Source: a candidate division FCPU426 bacterium
GTDB taxonomy: Bacteria > Oederibacteriota > Muellerivitia > Muellerivitales > Muellerivitaceae
Assembly (NCBI GenBank): GCA_963830915.1
Contig: CAWHOE010000046.1
Span: 64,001 to 128,000 of the forward strand
Reading direction: 5' to 3'
DNA: 64,000 bases
Part shown: positions 11,101 to 20,634 of the stretch, piece after piece
Position numbering within the stretch: position 1 is the first letter of the stretch
How the letters are laid out: every line of letters starts with the position of its first letter
The notes under the pieces: generated by a model
Database searches by the model: none
Seen by the model: the letters and a program-made list of their open reading frames with translations, nothing else
Told to the model about the DNA's origin: nothing
Made by a program: the position numbers and the translations under genes

Positions 11101-14047
11101 TACTAGCAGTATTAGTCGGAGAGTTAGTGGCCGTATTCGTCGCTGTGTTTGTTGCCGTGTTGGTAGTGGTGTTGGTCGAGGTATTCGTCTGGGTGTTAGT
11201 CGCCGTATTCGTCGCTGTGCTCGTCGCTGTGTTGCTAGCGGTACTGGTGTCCGTATTGGTGGCGGTATTCGTCGCTGTGTTTGTGGCCGTACTAGTAACT
11301 GTGTTCGTAGCCGTATCGGTGGCTGTATTCGTCGCAGTATTAGTTGCGGTGTATGTCGGGGTGTTGGTCGCCGTGTTCGTTGCGGTATTACTAGTGGTAT
11401 TGGTCGGAGAGTTAGTGGCTGTATTCGTCGCCGTATTCGTGGCAGTGTTAGTCGCCGTCGGGGTTGGGGTCGCTAGTGTAATGGTCGCTCCTGTGACCGG
11501 GGCTCCCGATACCTGAAGGGCCTGTTGGGACAACACCCCTCCGCCTTGAACACTCGTATTGAATTGGATCTGAGCGGTATAGGTGCCAGTCGCCGCGCTT
11601 CCGGTAAAATCGTAAGTAACCAAATAGTTTTGAGAACCCAAAGAAGCCAGGGCCGCTAACGGGAATCCCCCCAGGGTGACTGAATGGCTGGAAAAGGTAG
11701 AACTGGCCAATAACACCGACGACCCGTCGACTACTCCACTCCGGTTAACATCTTTCCAAAGCTTTACCGCCTGGATGCCCGAATCACTCCCTGTCTCAGT
11801 AACAGGAGAATTCAGGATGACATAACTAACAGTGACCGGTTCGCCGCTGGCATCGACGATCTTAAAATCCACAACCGGAACATTAACATTGCCGGGTATC
11901 TGGATCGAATCGGTCGGTGTGGTATATCCCGCCCCGATCGCCACGAATGGTTGAGTTGGCGTACTTGTCGCTGTATTCGTGGCAGTATTAGTCGCCGTAT
12001 TGGTCAGGGTATTCGTCACCGTACAGGTCGCCGTATTCGTAGCGGTATTACTAGCAGTATTAGTCGGAGTGTTCGTGGCCGTATTCGTAGCTGTGTTTGT
12101 TGCCGTGTTGGTAGTGGTGTTGGTCGAGGTATTCGTCTGGGTGTTAGTCGCCGTATTCGTCGCTGTGCTCGTCGCTGTGTTGCTAGCGGTACTGGTGTCC
12201 GTATTGGTGGCGGTATTCGTCGCTGTGTTTGTGGCCGTACTAGTAACTGTGTTCGTAGCCGTATCGGTGGCTGTATTCGTCGCAGTATTAGTTGCGGTGT
12301 ATGTCGGGGTGTTGGTCGCCGTGTTCGTTGCGGTATTACTAGTGGTATTGGTCGGAGAGTTAGTGGCTGTATTCGTCGCCGTATTCGTGGCAGTGTTAGT
12401 CGCCGTCGGGGTTGGGGTCGCTAGTGTAATGGTCGCTCCTGTGACCGGGGCTCCCGATACCTGAAGGGCCTGTTGGGACAACACCCCTCCGCCTTGAACA
12501 CTCGTATTGAATTGGATCTGAGCGGTATAGGTGCCAGTCGCCGCGCTTCCGGTAAAATCGTAAGTAACCAAATAGTTTTGAGAACCCAAAGAAGCCAGGG
12601 CCGCTAACGGGAATCCCCCCAGGGTGACTGAATGGCTGGAAAAGGTAGAACTGGCCAATAACACCGACGACCCGTCGACTACTCCACTCCGGTTAACATC
12701 TTTCCAAAGCTTTACCGCCTGGATGCCCGAATCACTCCCTGTCTCAGTAACAGGAGAATTCAGGATGACATAACTAACAGTGACCGGTTCGCCGCTGGCA
12801 TCGACGATCTTAAAATCCACAACCGGAACATTAACATTGCCGGGTATCTGGATCGAATCGGTCGGTGTGGTATATCCCGCCCCGATCGCCACGAATGGTT
12901 GAGTTGGCGTACTTGTCGCTGTATTCGTGGCAGTATTAGTCGCCGTATTGGTCAGGGTATTCGTCACCGTACAGGTCGCCGTATTCGTCGCGGTATTCGT
13001 AGCGCTATTGGTAGCGGAATCGGTTGCTGTATTCGTTGCGGTATTACTAGCGGTATTAGTCGGAGTGTTCGTGGCCGTATTCGTAGCTGTGTTTGTGGCT
13101 GTACTAGTAGCTGTGTTCGTAGCCGTATCAGTTACTGTGTTTGTGACCGTATTGGTAGCGGTGTTTGTCGCAGTATTCGTCGCAGTATTAGTTACGGTGT
13201 ATGTCGGTGTGTTGGTCGCCGTGTTCGTCGAGGTGTTCGTCGCGCTATTGGTAGCTGAATCGGTTGCCGTGTTCGTTGCGGTATTACTAGTGGTATTGGT
13301 CGGAGTGTTAGTGGCTGTATTCGTCGCCGTATTCGTGGGTGTAGGAGTAACTGTACATTGACCAGATAAAACATTGAAATTTACAACCACCGCCGTACCC
13401 GTCACACCTGAATCTTCCGACGTTGTCGCAATTCCGACATAATAGGGGTATGGCATGGGAAAATTAGAAAAATCAATTATTGTCCAGTTATTACCATCGG
13501 TAGAAAAGTAACCTAAAAAATTATTCCCTTGCCTTGTCAATCGCACAAAACCCACCGAGGGGTTGGAATAGGTCCCTGCATCCGTCGGAAAGGCATAATC
13601 ATTGACCGCAGACCTTGCTTCAAAGGTATAACCAAATAAGTTGGATGCTCCGACAAAAGCCATGAGGTCACCGGGGCTGGGACTACCCGACCAAGAACGC
13701 ATCATGATTCCACATTTACCGTCAAAACCTCCACCACCAACGTTAGGCACGGAATTGACCTGTAAGGTTATATCGCTATCTTCGTTCACTTCTTGATATA
13801 TGAATAAGAATGAATCGGCGGTACCATCGATAGAAGCACCATCAGCTGTAATGGTTAAGGCGGCTCCCTCGGCTTGAGTTGTTCCTGGTGTACTATCGTT
13901 GATATTAAGAGCTGTCCAAAAAGAGGAAATGGAACCCGAATTGGCATTGAAGGGATCGCTAAATAAACATTGAGCTTGGGAAAAAAGAGGAAAAAGAAAA
14001 AAGCCGGCAAGGACAATCAAATATAATGAATTTTTTAGCCTTTTCAT
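8150..14047 (-). CDS. Giant secreted Thr-rich repeat surface protein (ConA-like N-terminal domain, repeated Ig-like domains, C-terminal FlgD-Ig/T9SS-CTD-like domain)
   Basis: Signal peptide; four (TNTA)n tracts; C-terminus NYPNPF...LYDVMG...WDGRNGFG...GVYY...KIAVVK. Confidence 0.85.
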   Translation of the reverse strand: MKRLKNSLYLIVLAGFFLFPLFSQAQCLFSDPFNANSGSISSFWTALNINDSTPGTTQAEGAALTITADGASIDGTADSFLFIYQEVNEDSDITLQVNSVPNVGGGGFDGKCGIMMRSWSGSPSPGDLMAFVGASNLFGYTFEARSAVNDYAFPTDAGTYSNPSVGFVRLTRQGNNFLGYFSTDGNNWTIIDFSNFPMPYPYYVGIATTSEDSGVTGTAVVVNFNVLSGQCTVTPTPTNTATNTATNTPTNTTSNTATNTATDSATNSATNTSTNTATNTPTYTVTNTATNTATNTATNTVTNTVTDTATNTATSTATNTATNTATNTPTNTASNTATNTATDSATNSATNTATNTATCTVTNTLTNTATNTATNTATSTPTQPFVAIGAGYTTPTDSIQIPGNVNVPVVDFKIVDASGEPVTVSYVILNSPVTETGSDSGIQAVKLWKDVNRSGVVDGSSVLLASSTFSSHSVTLGGFPLAALASLGSQNYLVTYDFTGSAATGTYTAQIQFNTSVQGGGVLSQQALQVSGAPVTGATITLATPTPTATNTATNTATNTATNSPTNTTSNTATNTATNTPTYTATNTATNTATDTATNTVTSTATNTATNTATNTDTSTASNTATSTATNTATNTQTNTSTNTTTNTATNTATNTATNTPTNTASNTATNTATCTVTNTLTNTATNTATNTATSTPTQPFVAIGAGYTTPTDSIQIPGNVNVPVVDFKIVDASGEPVTVSYVILNSPVTETGSDSGIQAVKLWKDVNRSGVVDGSSVLLASSTFSSHSVTLGGFPLAALASLGSQNYLVTYDFTGSAATGTYTAQIQFNTSVQGGGVLSQQALQVSGAPVTGATITLATPTPTATNTATNTATNTATNSPTNTTSNTATNTATNTPTYTATNTATNTATDTATNTVTSTATNTATNTATNTDTSTASNTATSTATNTATNTQTNTSTNTTTNTATNTATNTATNSPTNTASNTATNTATCTVTNTLTNTATNTATNTATNTATNTVTNSPTNTATNTLTSTATNTATNTATNTATNTPTNTPTISLALSSHGPVWPLSQTYPYNQTNASSVQFILTTSAQENVLVKQLVLTGGGTLNWQSDVVSGSVGLYLDNKPSANGLYDATDTLIQGNLNFDTSGSVTFVNLSGVVTLTSGAPQTLLLVFSLNESGLVSKTFNNIIDSENIVGAGASTGRAAVVAVATVTGNTHMVAAATPTTTNTATNTATNTPTNTATNTVTNTATNSATYTATNSATNTATNTATNTTTNTATCTATNTGTNSVTNTNTVTNTATNTPTNTATNTMTNTATNTPTNTSTNTATCTTTNTATNTVTNTATNTATNTMTNTATNTPTNTSTNTATCTATNTVTNTATNTATNTATNTATNTTTNTLTPTSTNSSTNTMTATCSMTATATNTSSKTPTNTATNTASASATNTPTNTTTNSATSTATFTPTCTSTLTPTLTPTPLPPTQLAWLGSAPTWTAGSPGGPITVEVRNAGGNPATLSSALVVSFTSNSTGDNDFSLTAGGAGIPTVNILPGNARAVLYYQDYKAGDWTLTASAPSLSLANLPVTVVPASFNKFQVLWPGQTSNFGHQSGDGNVGAPLAVMAGSGVIATINAVDAYFNILTSFIDPVTFVSSDSTTPLLGSKSLVAGTTTQSVTFFSPGNQSLTVTDLSNGAFRGNSDLLTIQAGTNSTLLNVVHSSPFLSTVVLGQSSVTLLDMNLKVQSGTNPIQPDTIILHARDSAGTNVAIDSAFENLYLVSGIQAVTLNVGSQSSASTTFIMPANTFLVPDASALGLTLVGDISPNGFAKSVSLSLDNSNFISAKDYVTGNPVGITTAGDPTGFPMGTGLMFLSAADLAKTYGNYPNPFHAGMENTTIEFYLNAASTVSLDLYDVMGSKVITLLKGQTIEPGLQRVFWDGRNGFGSLVLNGVYYAQLDVNGTKLLLKIAVVK
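11034..12988. repeat. Near-exact 948-bp tandem duplication (~2 copies) inside the 1965-aa gene
   Basis: Identical sequence at offset 948 (e.g. 11516 vs 12464; 11951 vs 12899), duplicating a 316-aa domain-plus-stalk unit. Confidence 0.92.
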
Positions 14048-14586
14048 CAGTACCGTTCAAACGAGTAATAAGTTGCGATTTATTGAAGAATTATACATTT
14101 TTTTATCGTGAAAAGACCAAGAAGGTTCTCATTACGACTGTTTTCAACGATTTTCGTGGATCCTTATGCATTAACAAACACATCTGTTTGCCAATCAAAT
14201 CACACTTCGCACTAAGTGGAAGGTTCGTTTGGTGAAAAATATAACTTTAGATTACAACTAGAGTTGCAAACTCTTCCTATAGCATCTACACCATAGTTAC
14301 TAACGGTAACTGGATTTAGGGATAGGGCCAACACTAGACTATTGCCCCCCCACAAAGGGGCAAATGGTTTTCAATGCTAGGTGATTTAACCTTTATGGCA
14401 GCAATTACTAAATCCTTTAAACAGGGCATTTAGACTTTATTTTGAAAAACATTTTCTTTTAACAGCGGGACTTTATACCGGAGTTTGTTAAAAATCATCC
14501 AATACTGCCATTTTATTGGAGACGACATTGGGATTTCAAAACACCTGAAGGACAGCGGCCAACGAAATAAAAGAAACATAAAAAGT

Positions 14587-16899
14587 TTATGGTGAAGTTT
14601 GAAAACTTAGTATCCCACTTTGAGCAATCAGAACACCATTTGCGTTCGAGACGGAAACATCATAATAGTAGATCAAAGCAGGCTCCAACCCGTTCAGAAT
14701 TATTGAATGGGTTTGGGCAAAGGTCTTATCTGGAACACTTCCGCCAAGATTGTCGGGCGATATTCCATAGTTTACTTTTCCAAAACCCGAACAATTGGAC
14801 GTCCATGTAATGGTAACACTTGTTGATGTAGCTTGAGCTGTTGGCCCAGTTGTGATCGAACAAACTGTAGGAGTGGAGGTAAATGTTACCGTCGGTGTTG
14901 ACGCAGGAGCGGCCAGCACAAAAGTTTGAACACCACTTATAGCGATAATAACTCCGTTAGCGCTAGTTGTTGATACGGTGTAATAATATGTAAGTCCGGT
15001 TTGAAGACCGGTCAAAACTATTGAATGATTCTGTAGGAATTGTTTGTCCTGAACAACTCCGTTGAGACTTGTTGAACTGATTCCATAATGTAGTATCCCA
15101 AATCCCTGACAATTGCTGGACCAATTAATCGTGACGCTGTTTGTTCCCGTCTGGGCAGTAGGTCCGCTCGAAATAGAACATACGGTCGGTGTCCAAGTAA
15201 ACGTCAATGTTGCAGTCGGGGGTACCGGTGTATTTGTGGATGTCACTGTCGGCGTATCGGTCGCAGGCACTGCCGTTTCGGTAGATGTTGAAGTAGGCGT
15301 ATCCATCGGAGGAATTACCGTATTGGTGTAAGTGAACGTCAGCGTATCCGTTGGTGGTACGAATGTGTTTGTGTATGTCGCTGTCGGCGTATCGGTCGCA
15401 GGCACTGCCGTTTCGGTAGATGTTGAAGTAGGCGTATCCGTCGGAGGAATAACCGTATTGGTGTAAGTGAACATCGGCGTGTCCGTTGATGGTATGAATG
15501 TGTTTGTGGATGTCACTGTCGGCGTATCGGTCGCAGGCACTGCCGTTTCGGTAGATGTTGAAGTAGGCGTATCCGTCGGAGGAATAACCGTATTGGTGTA
15601 AGTGAACATCGGCGTGTCCGTTGATGGTATGAATGTGTTTGTGGATGTCACTGTCGGCGTATCGGTCGCAGGCACTACCGTGTTTGTAACTGTCGGAGTA
15701 GGCGTATCCGTCGGAGGAATAACCGTATTGGTGTAAGTGAACGTCGGCGTGTCCGTTGATGGTATGAATGTGTTTGTGGATGTCACTGTCGGCGTATCGG
15801 TCGCAGGCACTACCGTGTTTGTAACTGTCGGAGTAGGCGTATCCGTCGGAGGAATAACCGTATTGGTGTAAGTGAATGTCAGCGTATCCGTTGGTGGTAT
15901 GAATGTGTTTGTGGATGTCACCGTCGGTGTATCGGTCGCAGGCACTGCCGTTTCGGTAGATGTTGAAGTAGGCGTATCCGTCGGAGGAATAACCGTATTG
16001 GTGTAAGTGAATGTCAGCGTATCCGTTGGTGGTATGAATGTGTTTGTGGATGTCACCGTCGGTGTATCGGTCGCAGGCACTGCCGTTTCGGTAGATGTTG
16101 AAGTAGGCGTATCCGTCGGAGGAATAACCGTATTGGTGTAAGTGAACGTCGGCGTGTCCGTTGATGGTATGAATGTGTTTGTGGATGTCACCGTCGGTGT
16201 ATCGGTCGCAGGCACTGCCGTTTCGGTAGATGTTGAAGTAGGCGTATCCGTCGGAGGATTAGCGGTGTTGGTATTAGTAAATAAAGGTGTGGCAGGCTGA
16301 GGAATATAAGTATTCGTTGAAGTTAAAGTTGGCAATCCATTCAAAGGAACTGAAGTGAAAGTTGGAGTTTCGGTCGAAAACACTTCCGTATAAGCGAATG
16401 TTGAAGTCGGTGTAATTATTGGTGGAATAGACGTATTGGAATAAGTAAAGGTTGGTGTATCGGTCGGTGGTATTGAAGTATTAGACGACGTCAATGTTGG
16501 CAATGCATTTAGTGGAGCCGAAGTAAAAGAAGGCGTTTCGGTCAGAACCAACTGGGTATTCGTGGAAGTAAAGGTCGGGCTATTCGTTGGTGGAATAGTC
16601 GTATTTGTATAGGTAATCGTCGGCGTTCCTGTAAAAGTAAACGTATAAGTGGCTGTCAAGAATGCGGGTGTAAAGGTCGGTGATAGGCTAGGCGTTACCG
16701 TTGGAACAATAACGGTAAATGTCAACGAAGGGGCTACCTGCAACTGAGGATTCGTTAAAGTAACTGTGGCTTTTTGGCAAGATGCATTTATGGGCAACGC
16801 ACGTGCAAAATCAGTAGAGAAAATGTAAACACCAGATAAAAAAAGAATCAAATAACCCATGTGAAAACGCTTAATTAAAACTAATAAAACCAATTTCAA
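14587..16899 (-). CDS. Secreted Thr/Pro-rich repeat protein with two C-terminal FN3/purple-acid-phosphatase-N-like domains
   Basis: N-terminal hydrophobic segment; 45-aa PPTDTPT repeats; two domains of the form SVTIxW...YG...HSIxLxGLxPxxxYYYxV. Confidence 0.75.
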   Translation of the reverse strand: MKLVLLVLIKRFHMGYLILFLSGVYIFSTDFARALPINASCQKATVTLTNPQLQVAPSLTFTVIVPTVTPSLSPTFTPAFLTATYTFTFTGTPTITYTNTTIPPTNSPTFTSTNTQLVLTETPSFTSAPLNALPTLTSSNTSIPPTDTPTFTYSNTSIPPIITPTSTFAYTEVFSTETPTFTSVPLNGLPTLTSTNTYIPQPATPLFTNTNTANPPTDTPTSTSTETAVPATDTPTVTSTNTFIPSTDTPTFTYTNTVIPPTDTPTSTSTETAVPATDTPTVTSTNTFIPPTDTLTFTYTNTVIPPTDTPTSTSTETAVPATDTPTVTSTNTFIPPTDTLTFTYTNTVIPPTDTPTPTVTNTVVPATDTPTVTSTNTFIPSTDTPTFTYTNTVIPPTDTPTPTVTNTVVPATDTPTVTSTNTFIPSTDTPMFTYTNTVIPPTDTPTSTSTETAVPATDTPTVTSTNTFIPSTDTPMFTYTNTVIPPTDTPTSTSTETAVPATDTPTATYTNTFVPPTDTLTFTYTNTVIPPMDTPTSTSTETAVPATDTPTVTSTNTPVPPTATLTFTWTPTVCSISSGPTAQTGTNSVTINWSSNCQGFGILHYGISSTSLNGVVQDKQFLQNHSIVLTGLQTGLTYYYTVSTTSANGVIIAISGVQTFVLAAPASTPTVTFTSTPTVCSITTGPTAQATSTSVTITWTSNCSGFGKVNYGISPDNLGGSVPDKTFAQTHSIILNGLEPALIYYYDVSVSNANGVLIAQSGILSFQTSP
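15230..16258. repeat. 135-bp (45-codon) coding tandem repeat, ~7.5 copies
   Basis: The motif gtatcggtcgcaggcact recurs every 135 bp. Confidence 0.9.
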
Positions 16900-17139
16900 T
16901 TAAACCTCCGGCCCGAAACAAATCAATCGAAAAAAACAGTGAATTCACCTATTAATGATTCTGGGATTTAAAGAGTGTGGAGTTTCTATATTTAATTTTA
17001 ACAGCTTATAAACAGAAAAGAGCTAACATTTTCATTAAATAGAGACTGATCAAAAAAGGAAATTACGTCTCTTTTAGGCATAATTGTGGAAATCGCCTGT
17101 TAAATAGGGTTTTAACAATACAACGAGCACTAAAAAAAA

Positions 17140-17918
17140 TTAGGATTCCTTATATTTTCTGGTCAATTCCTTCATATCTTCCCAGACGTCCTTTTTGTAC
17201 CTTTCGTCCCTTAATAAGGCGGCAGGATGGTATGTGACCCTCAACGGAATGCCTTCAAGATCGTGCCATTTGCCTCGAAGTTTCCCGACAGCTTCCTTAG
17301 TTCTTAAAAGGGCCTGCGCGGCGCTAGCGCCCATGGCCATGATCAATTTAGGTTTGAGGATCTTGATCTGTTCCTCAAGATAGCCTCGGCAAAGTTCGAC
17401 TTCTTCGGGTAAGGGTGCCCGGTTTCCTGGCGGGCGGCATTTAAGGACATTCGCGATGAAAACATCCTGTCTTTTCCAGGTCTGGGTGGATTCAATGATC
17501 TTGGTAAGTAGTTGGCCCGCGCGGCCAACGAAAGGTAGCCCTTGTTGGTTTCATCGGCCCCGGGCGCTTCTCCCACGAATAGAACCTCCGCTTTAGGATT
17601 CCCGCTTCCAAAAACGAAATTCTTGCGGGTTTTCCCCAGCGGACATTTTTGGCATTCACAAATGTCCCGGTCAAAAGCCGTCAATTCCATCGCTTGGACT
17701 GTTTCGGGATGAAGGGTCATCCATTTTGGTTGATGGAAAGCATATTCAGCGGACGGCTCAGAAACAAAGTCCTCCCTTATTTCTTCGATCTTCAGATCAG
17801 GAGCAATCTTGGGAACAGGATCGGTTGATGACAAATTGTCAGACGCGGCAGATAGATATCGAACACCCATTCGCTTACACATTTCAAGATATTGTCTTAA
17901 TTCGGTTGGTTGATCCAT
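17140..17918 (-). pseudogene. udg: Family-4 uracil-DNA glycosylase with a 1-bp frameshift near 17549 (likely sequencing error)
   Basis: [15 protein letters not shown]...[10 protein letters not shown] in one frame. After a shift the sequence continues [14 protein letters not shown]...NVLKCRPPGNR...TYHPAALLR. Confidence 0.88.
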
Positions 17919-18940
17919 TAAAGGAATTTTCCTGTCAGAGAAAGTTGGTGCAAAACCGCCCCAGCCATCAAGGGATCCTGGAGAACGGCGTAATCGAATT
18001 CCATGACATTGCCGTCGTAAGGGATCAATATTCCCAATCCGCCAGAAAGATTAAGGGAAATCCCCCCCCCCGCCGTTCCCCCGGTCAGATCGCCAGCCCA
18101 GCACCCTCCCCGAAGAGCCAAGACTCCTATGGGGCGCCATTCCAAGCCTAATCGAGGTCGTAAACCCAAGTCATCACTCCACTCGATATCAAAATTGCCT
18201 TTAAGATCGGCTTTTCCCTCCCAATGAGCGATACCCCCTTTGAAGGTGGGTGGTTGAACATCACTATTGGAATTGGAATATGACAAGCTTGTATAAGGGT
18301 CTTGGACCATAAGCCCAACGGCCGTGTCATTATCGACCCTGTATTGGACACCCAGGTTTTCCCCGAACCCATAACCGGAAAAAGAACCCAATCCCAGGGT
18401 CAACACCTTAAGGTTCGCGCCAATCGACCAACGCGGGCTGACTTTATAGGCCAAGGAGAAAAGAAAGGTCATTTCCGTATCGCCGAATGTGCTGTCTGGA
18501 TCGAGGGAAGGACCCGACCTGGCCTCCAAGTCATTACCAGCGGAATAATAAATGAAAGAGAGTCCATAATATAAAAAGTTCTGGAAGTTGTCCGCCAGGG
18601 CCAGATAATCCAATTGTTGATTGAACGAAAGAAAAGTGTATTGGGCCTCACACTGGAATCCCCTCAAACCGGTCAATCCCGCTGGATTCCAGTATCCGCA
18701 AGCCACGTCGTTACGCGCCGCAGCCGCCGCCCCTCCCATGGCTTCCTGAGGCCCGCCCACTCCCATTTCCAGGTAGGCCGCTGGTCTTTGTCCACCTTGT
18801 TGATCCGCCCAAAGAGGGCCTGAAATGGATGCGGAACAAATAAAGATTGAGAATAAAAGAAACAAAGATCTGACGATCGAGGATGGGCAATTCTCGCCGT
18901 TTGGTTTTCTGTTCGAGCCGGAATATCCCATACTACTCAC
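17918..18940 (-). CDS. PorV/PorQ-like outer-membrane beta-barrel
   Basis: LEMGVG...AMGGA..A..ND...YWNPAGL motif and C-terminal FDYA...HQLSLTGKF. Exact start uncertain. Confidence 0.8.
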   Translation of the reverse strand: MSSMGYSGSNRKPNGENCPSSIVRSLFLLFSIFICSASISGPLWADQQGGQRPAAYLEMGVGGPQEAMGGAAAAARNDVACGYWNPAGLTGLRGFQCEAQYTFLSFNQQLDYLALADNFQNFLYYGLSFIYYSAGNDLEARSGPSLDPDSTFGDTEMTFLFSLAYKVSPRWSIGANLKVLTLGLGSFSGYGFGENLGVQYRVDNDTAVGLMVQDPYTSLSYSNSNSDVQPPTFKGGIAHWEGKADLKGNFDIEWSDDLGLRPRLGLEWRPIGVLALRGGCWAGDLTGGTAGGGISLNLSGGLGILIPYDGNVMEFDYAVLQDPLMAGAVLHQLSLTGKFL

Positions 18941-20634
18941 TTGGACCCTCGAATGACGGCTATTTTGTTATGGCCTGTTTGCCCGTCAGCTTTGACGGTA
19001 TAAAAATAAACCCCCGTTTTTACTTCTTGGCCATTTCCATTCCTACCGTCCCAAGGAACATAAAAGGATTTGAACTGAGGATTGGTCGGATTGTTGTTCA
19101 ATTCAGAGGCCGCGTAATTATGGTGAAAAACAACCATTCCCGCCTCATCGTTGATCGTCAAATCAACAGGTTGGGCTTGGGTCAGCACCAAGGTAATGTT
19201 CGTGGTCCCTTCCATATCGACATAAAAGGGATTAGGGCTATTAAAGGTCTTAACGAAAGGTATTACCTGTCCCCCCCCAGTGTTCAAGAGCGCCTGATAA
19301 ACATTCAATCGTCCATATCCAGAGGAAGGATCCCAACCCTTGGTCCCGTTGATCGGGTCCGCGTTGTTGATGATCCGCTGGGCAATCTGGTCATTGGTAA
19401 GGCCGGGATCCAGGGTCAAGATGAGCGCAGCCGTTGCAGTAACGAAGGGAGCGGACGCGGAAGTTCCGGCCCCATACCCAAAATTATCATCATTAGGGTC
19501 CGCCTCAAAATCCTTGGGCGAGGCTGCGACAGGACATTGCAACAGGGCGCTTAGGATGTTCTGGGACGCGGTGAGGGTAATGGGGTCACTGGTCGTGACC
19601 CCGGCGCCTCCTGGCGCGACAAGGGCCAAACCCTCTCCACCGTTGGAATAAACAGCGACCTTGTCATTGTTATCGGACGCCCCCACCGCGATCACCCGCG
19701 GATAGGCGGCCGGATAGTTCAATGGGGCCAACTGGCCCACACCCGAATCATTCCCCGCCGAAGCTACGATCACGCAATTGGCCGCCAGGGCCCTATCCAA
19801 GGCGTCCTGCTCGATCTGGTCGATAGAGGAGGCGCCCAGTGAGAAATTGATGATACGGGCCCCCTGGGTGACCGCAAAGTCCGTCCCGGAAGCGATACCA
19901 TCGGAAGTTCCCGATCCCGTGTTATCCAACACTTTCACCGGGAGCAGGGTCACTCTGGCCATTCCGGCCATACCGGTCGTGAATTGATGGGGCGGACAGG
20001 ATTCGGATATATTGTAATTCCATTGGGCTGCGATGATCCCAGCGACGAAAGTGCCATGGCCAAAGTCATCATCCGTGTTTGTGCTGTCGCCGATGAAATT
20101 GTAACCGGTGGCTTGGATGGAAACAGGCAGGTCAGGATGATTCCGTGAGATCCCCGTATCCAAAACAGCCACTGTAACCCCGGCGTCGCCAGGCTGAGTT
20201 CCGGGACAACCGGCTCCGCCCACCAATTCCCAAGCCTCCGGCGCCTGAATCTTCACAAAGGGCCAATTCTCTGGCCCGGTATAGTATTGATCAGGGGGAA
20301 TACAGGTGACAGGACCACAGGCGTAATAACGATAGTTCGGTTGGGCCCAAGCGACCGCCTTGTTCCCTTTCAACAGCTCGGCTGTACTTTGAACATCCTG
20401 TCCCTGGGAAAGTTTCAACTTAAATAGATCCGGCCGATGGAGTGCCTTGGCCATTGGATAAGATCCCAGGACCTTGGCCCGGTCGTCATAAGACGCCGAA
20501 TCCTTCAACCGCACCAGCACCTCGTCCGGAACAAAAATCGCCTTTCCCCTAGTGGAGTTGATTCTATTCTGGGCCCAGGTTGGGTTGGAAAATAGAGTCA
20601 GGATGAATATCGTCAGGATAAACCTGTGTCTCAT
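18937..20634 (-). CDS. Secreted S8 subtilisin-family protease with C-terminal FlgD-Ig/T9SS-CTD-like domain
   Basis: VAVLDTG, GHGTFVAG, SAGN and GTSASAP catalytic motifs; tail NSPNPF...WDGRNGNG...GVYFY...KIAVIR. Confidence 0.92.
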   Translation of the reverse strand: MRHRFILTIFILTLFSNPTWAQNRINSTRGKAIFVPDEVLVRLKDSASYDDRAKVLGSYPMAKALHRPDLFKLKLSQGQDVQSTAELLKGNKAVAWAQPNYRYYACGPVTCIPPDQYYTGPENWPFVKIQAPEAWELVGGAGCPGTQPGDAGVTVAVLDTGISRNHPDLPVSIQATGYNFIGDSTNTDDDFGHGTFVAGIIAAQWNYNISESCPPHQFTTGMAGMARVTLLPVKVLDNTGSGTSDGIASGTDFAVTQGARIINFSLGASSIDQIEQDALDRALAANCVIVASAGNDSGVGQLAPLNYPAAYPRVIAVGASDNNDKVAVYSNGGEGLALVAPGGAGVTTSDPITLTASQNILSALLQCPVAASPKDFEADPNDDNFGYGAGTSASAPFVTATAALILTLDPGLTNDQIAQRIINNADPINGTKGWDPSSGYGRLNVYQALLNTGGGQVIPFVKTFNSPNPFYVDMEGTTNITLVLTQAQPVDLTINDEAGMVVFHHNYAASELNNNPTNPQFKSFYVPWDGRNGNGQEVKTGVYFYTVKADGQTGHNKIAVIRGSK

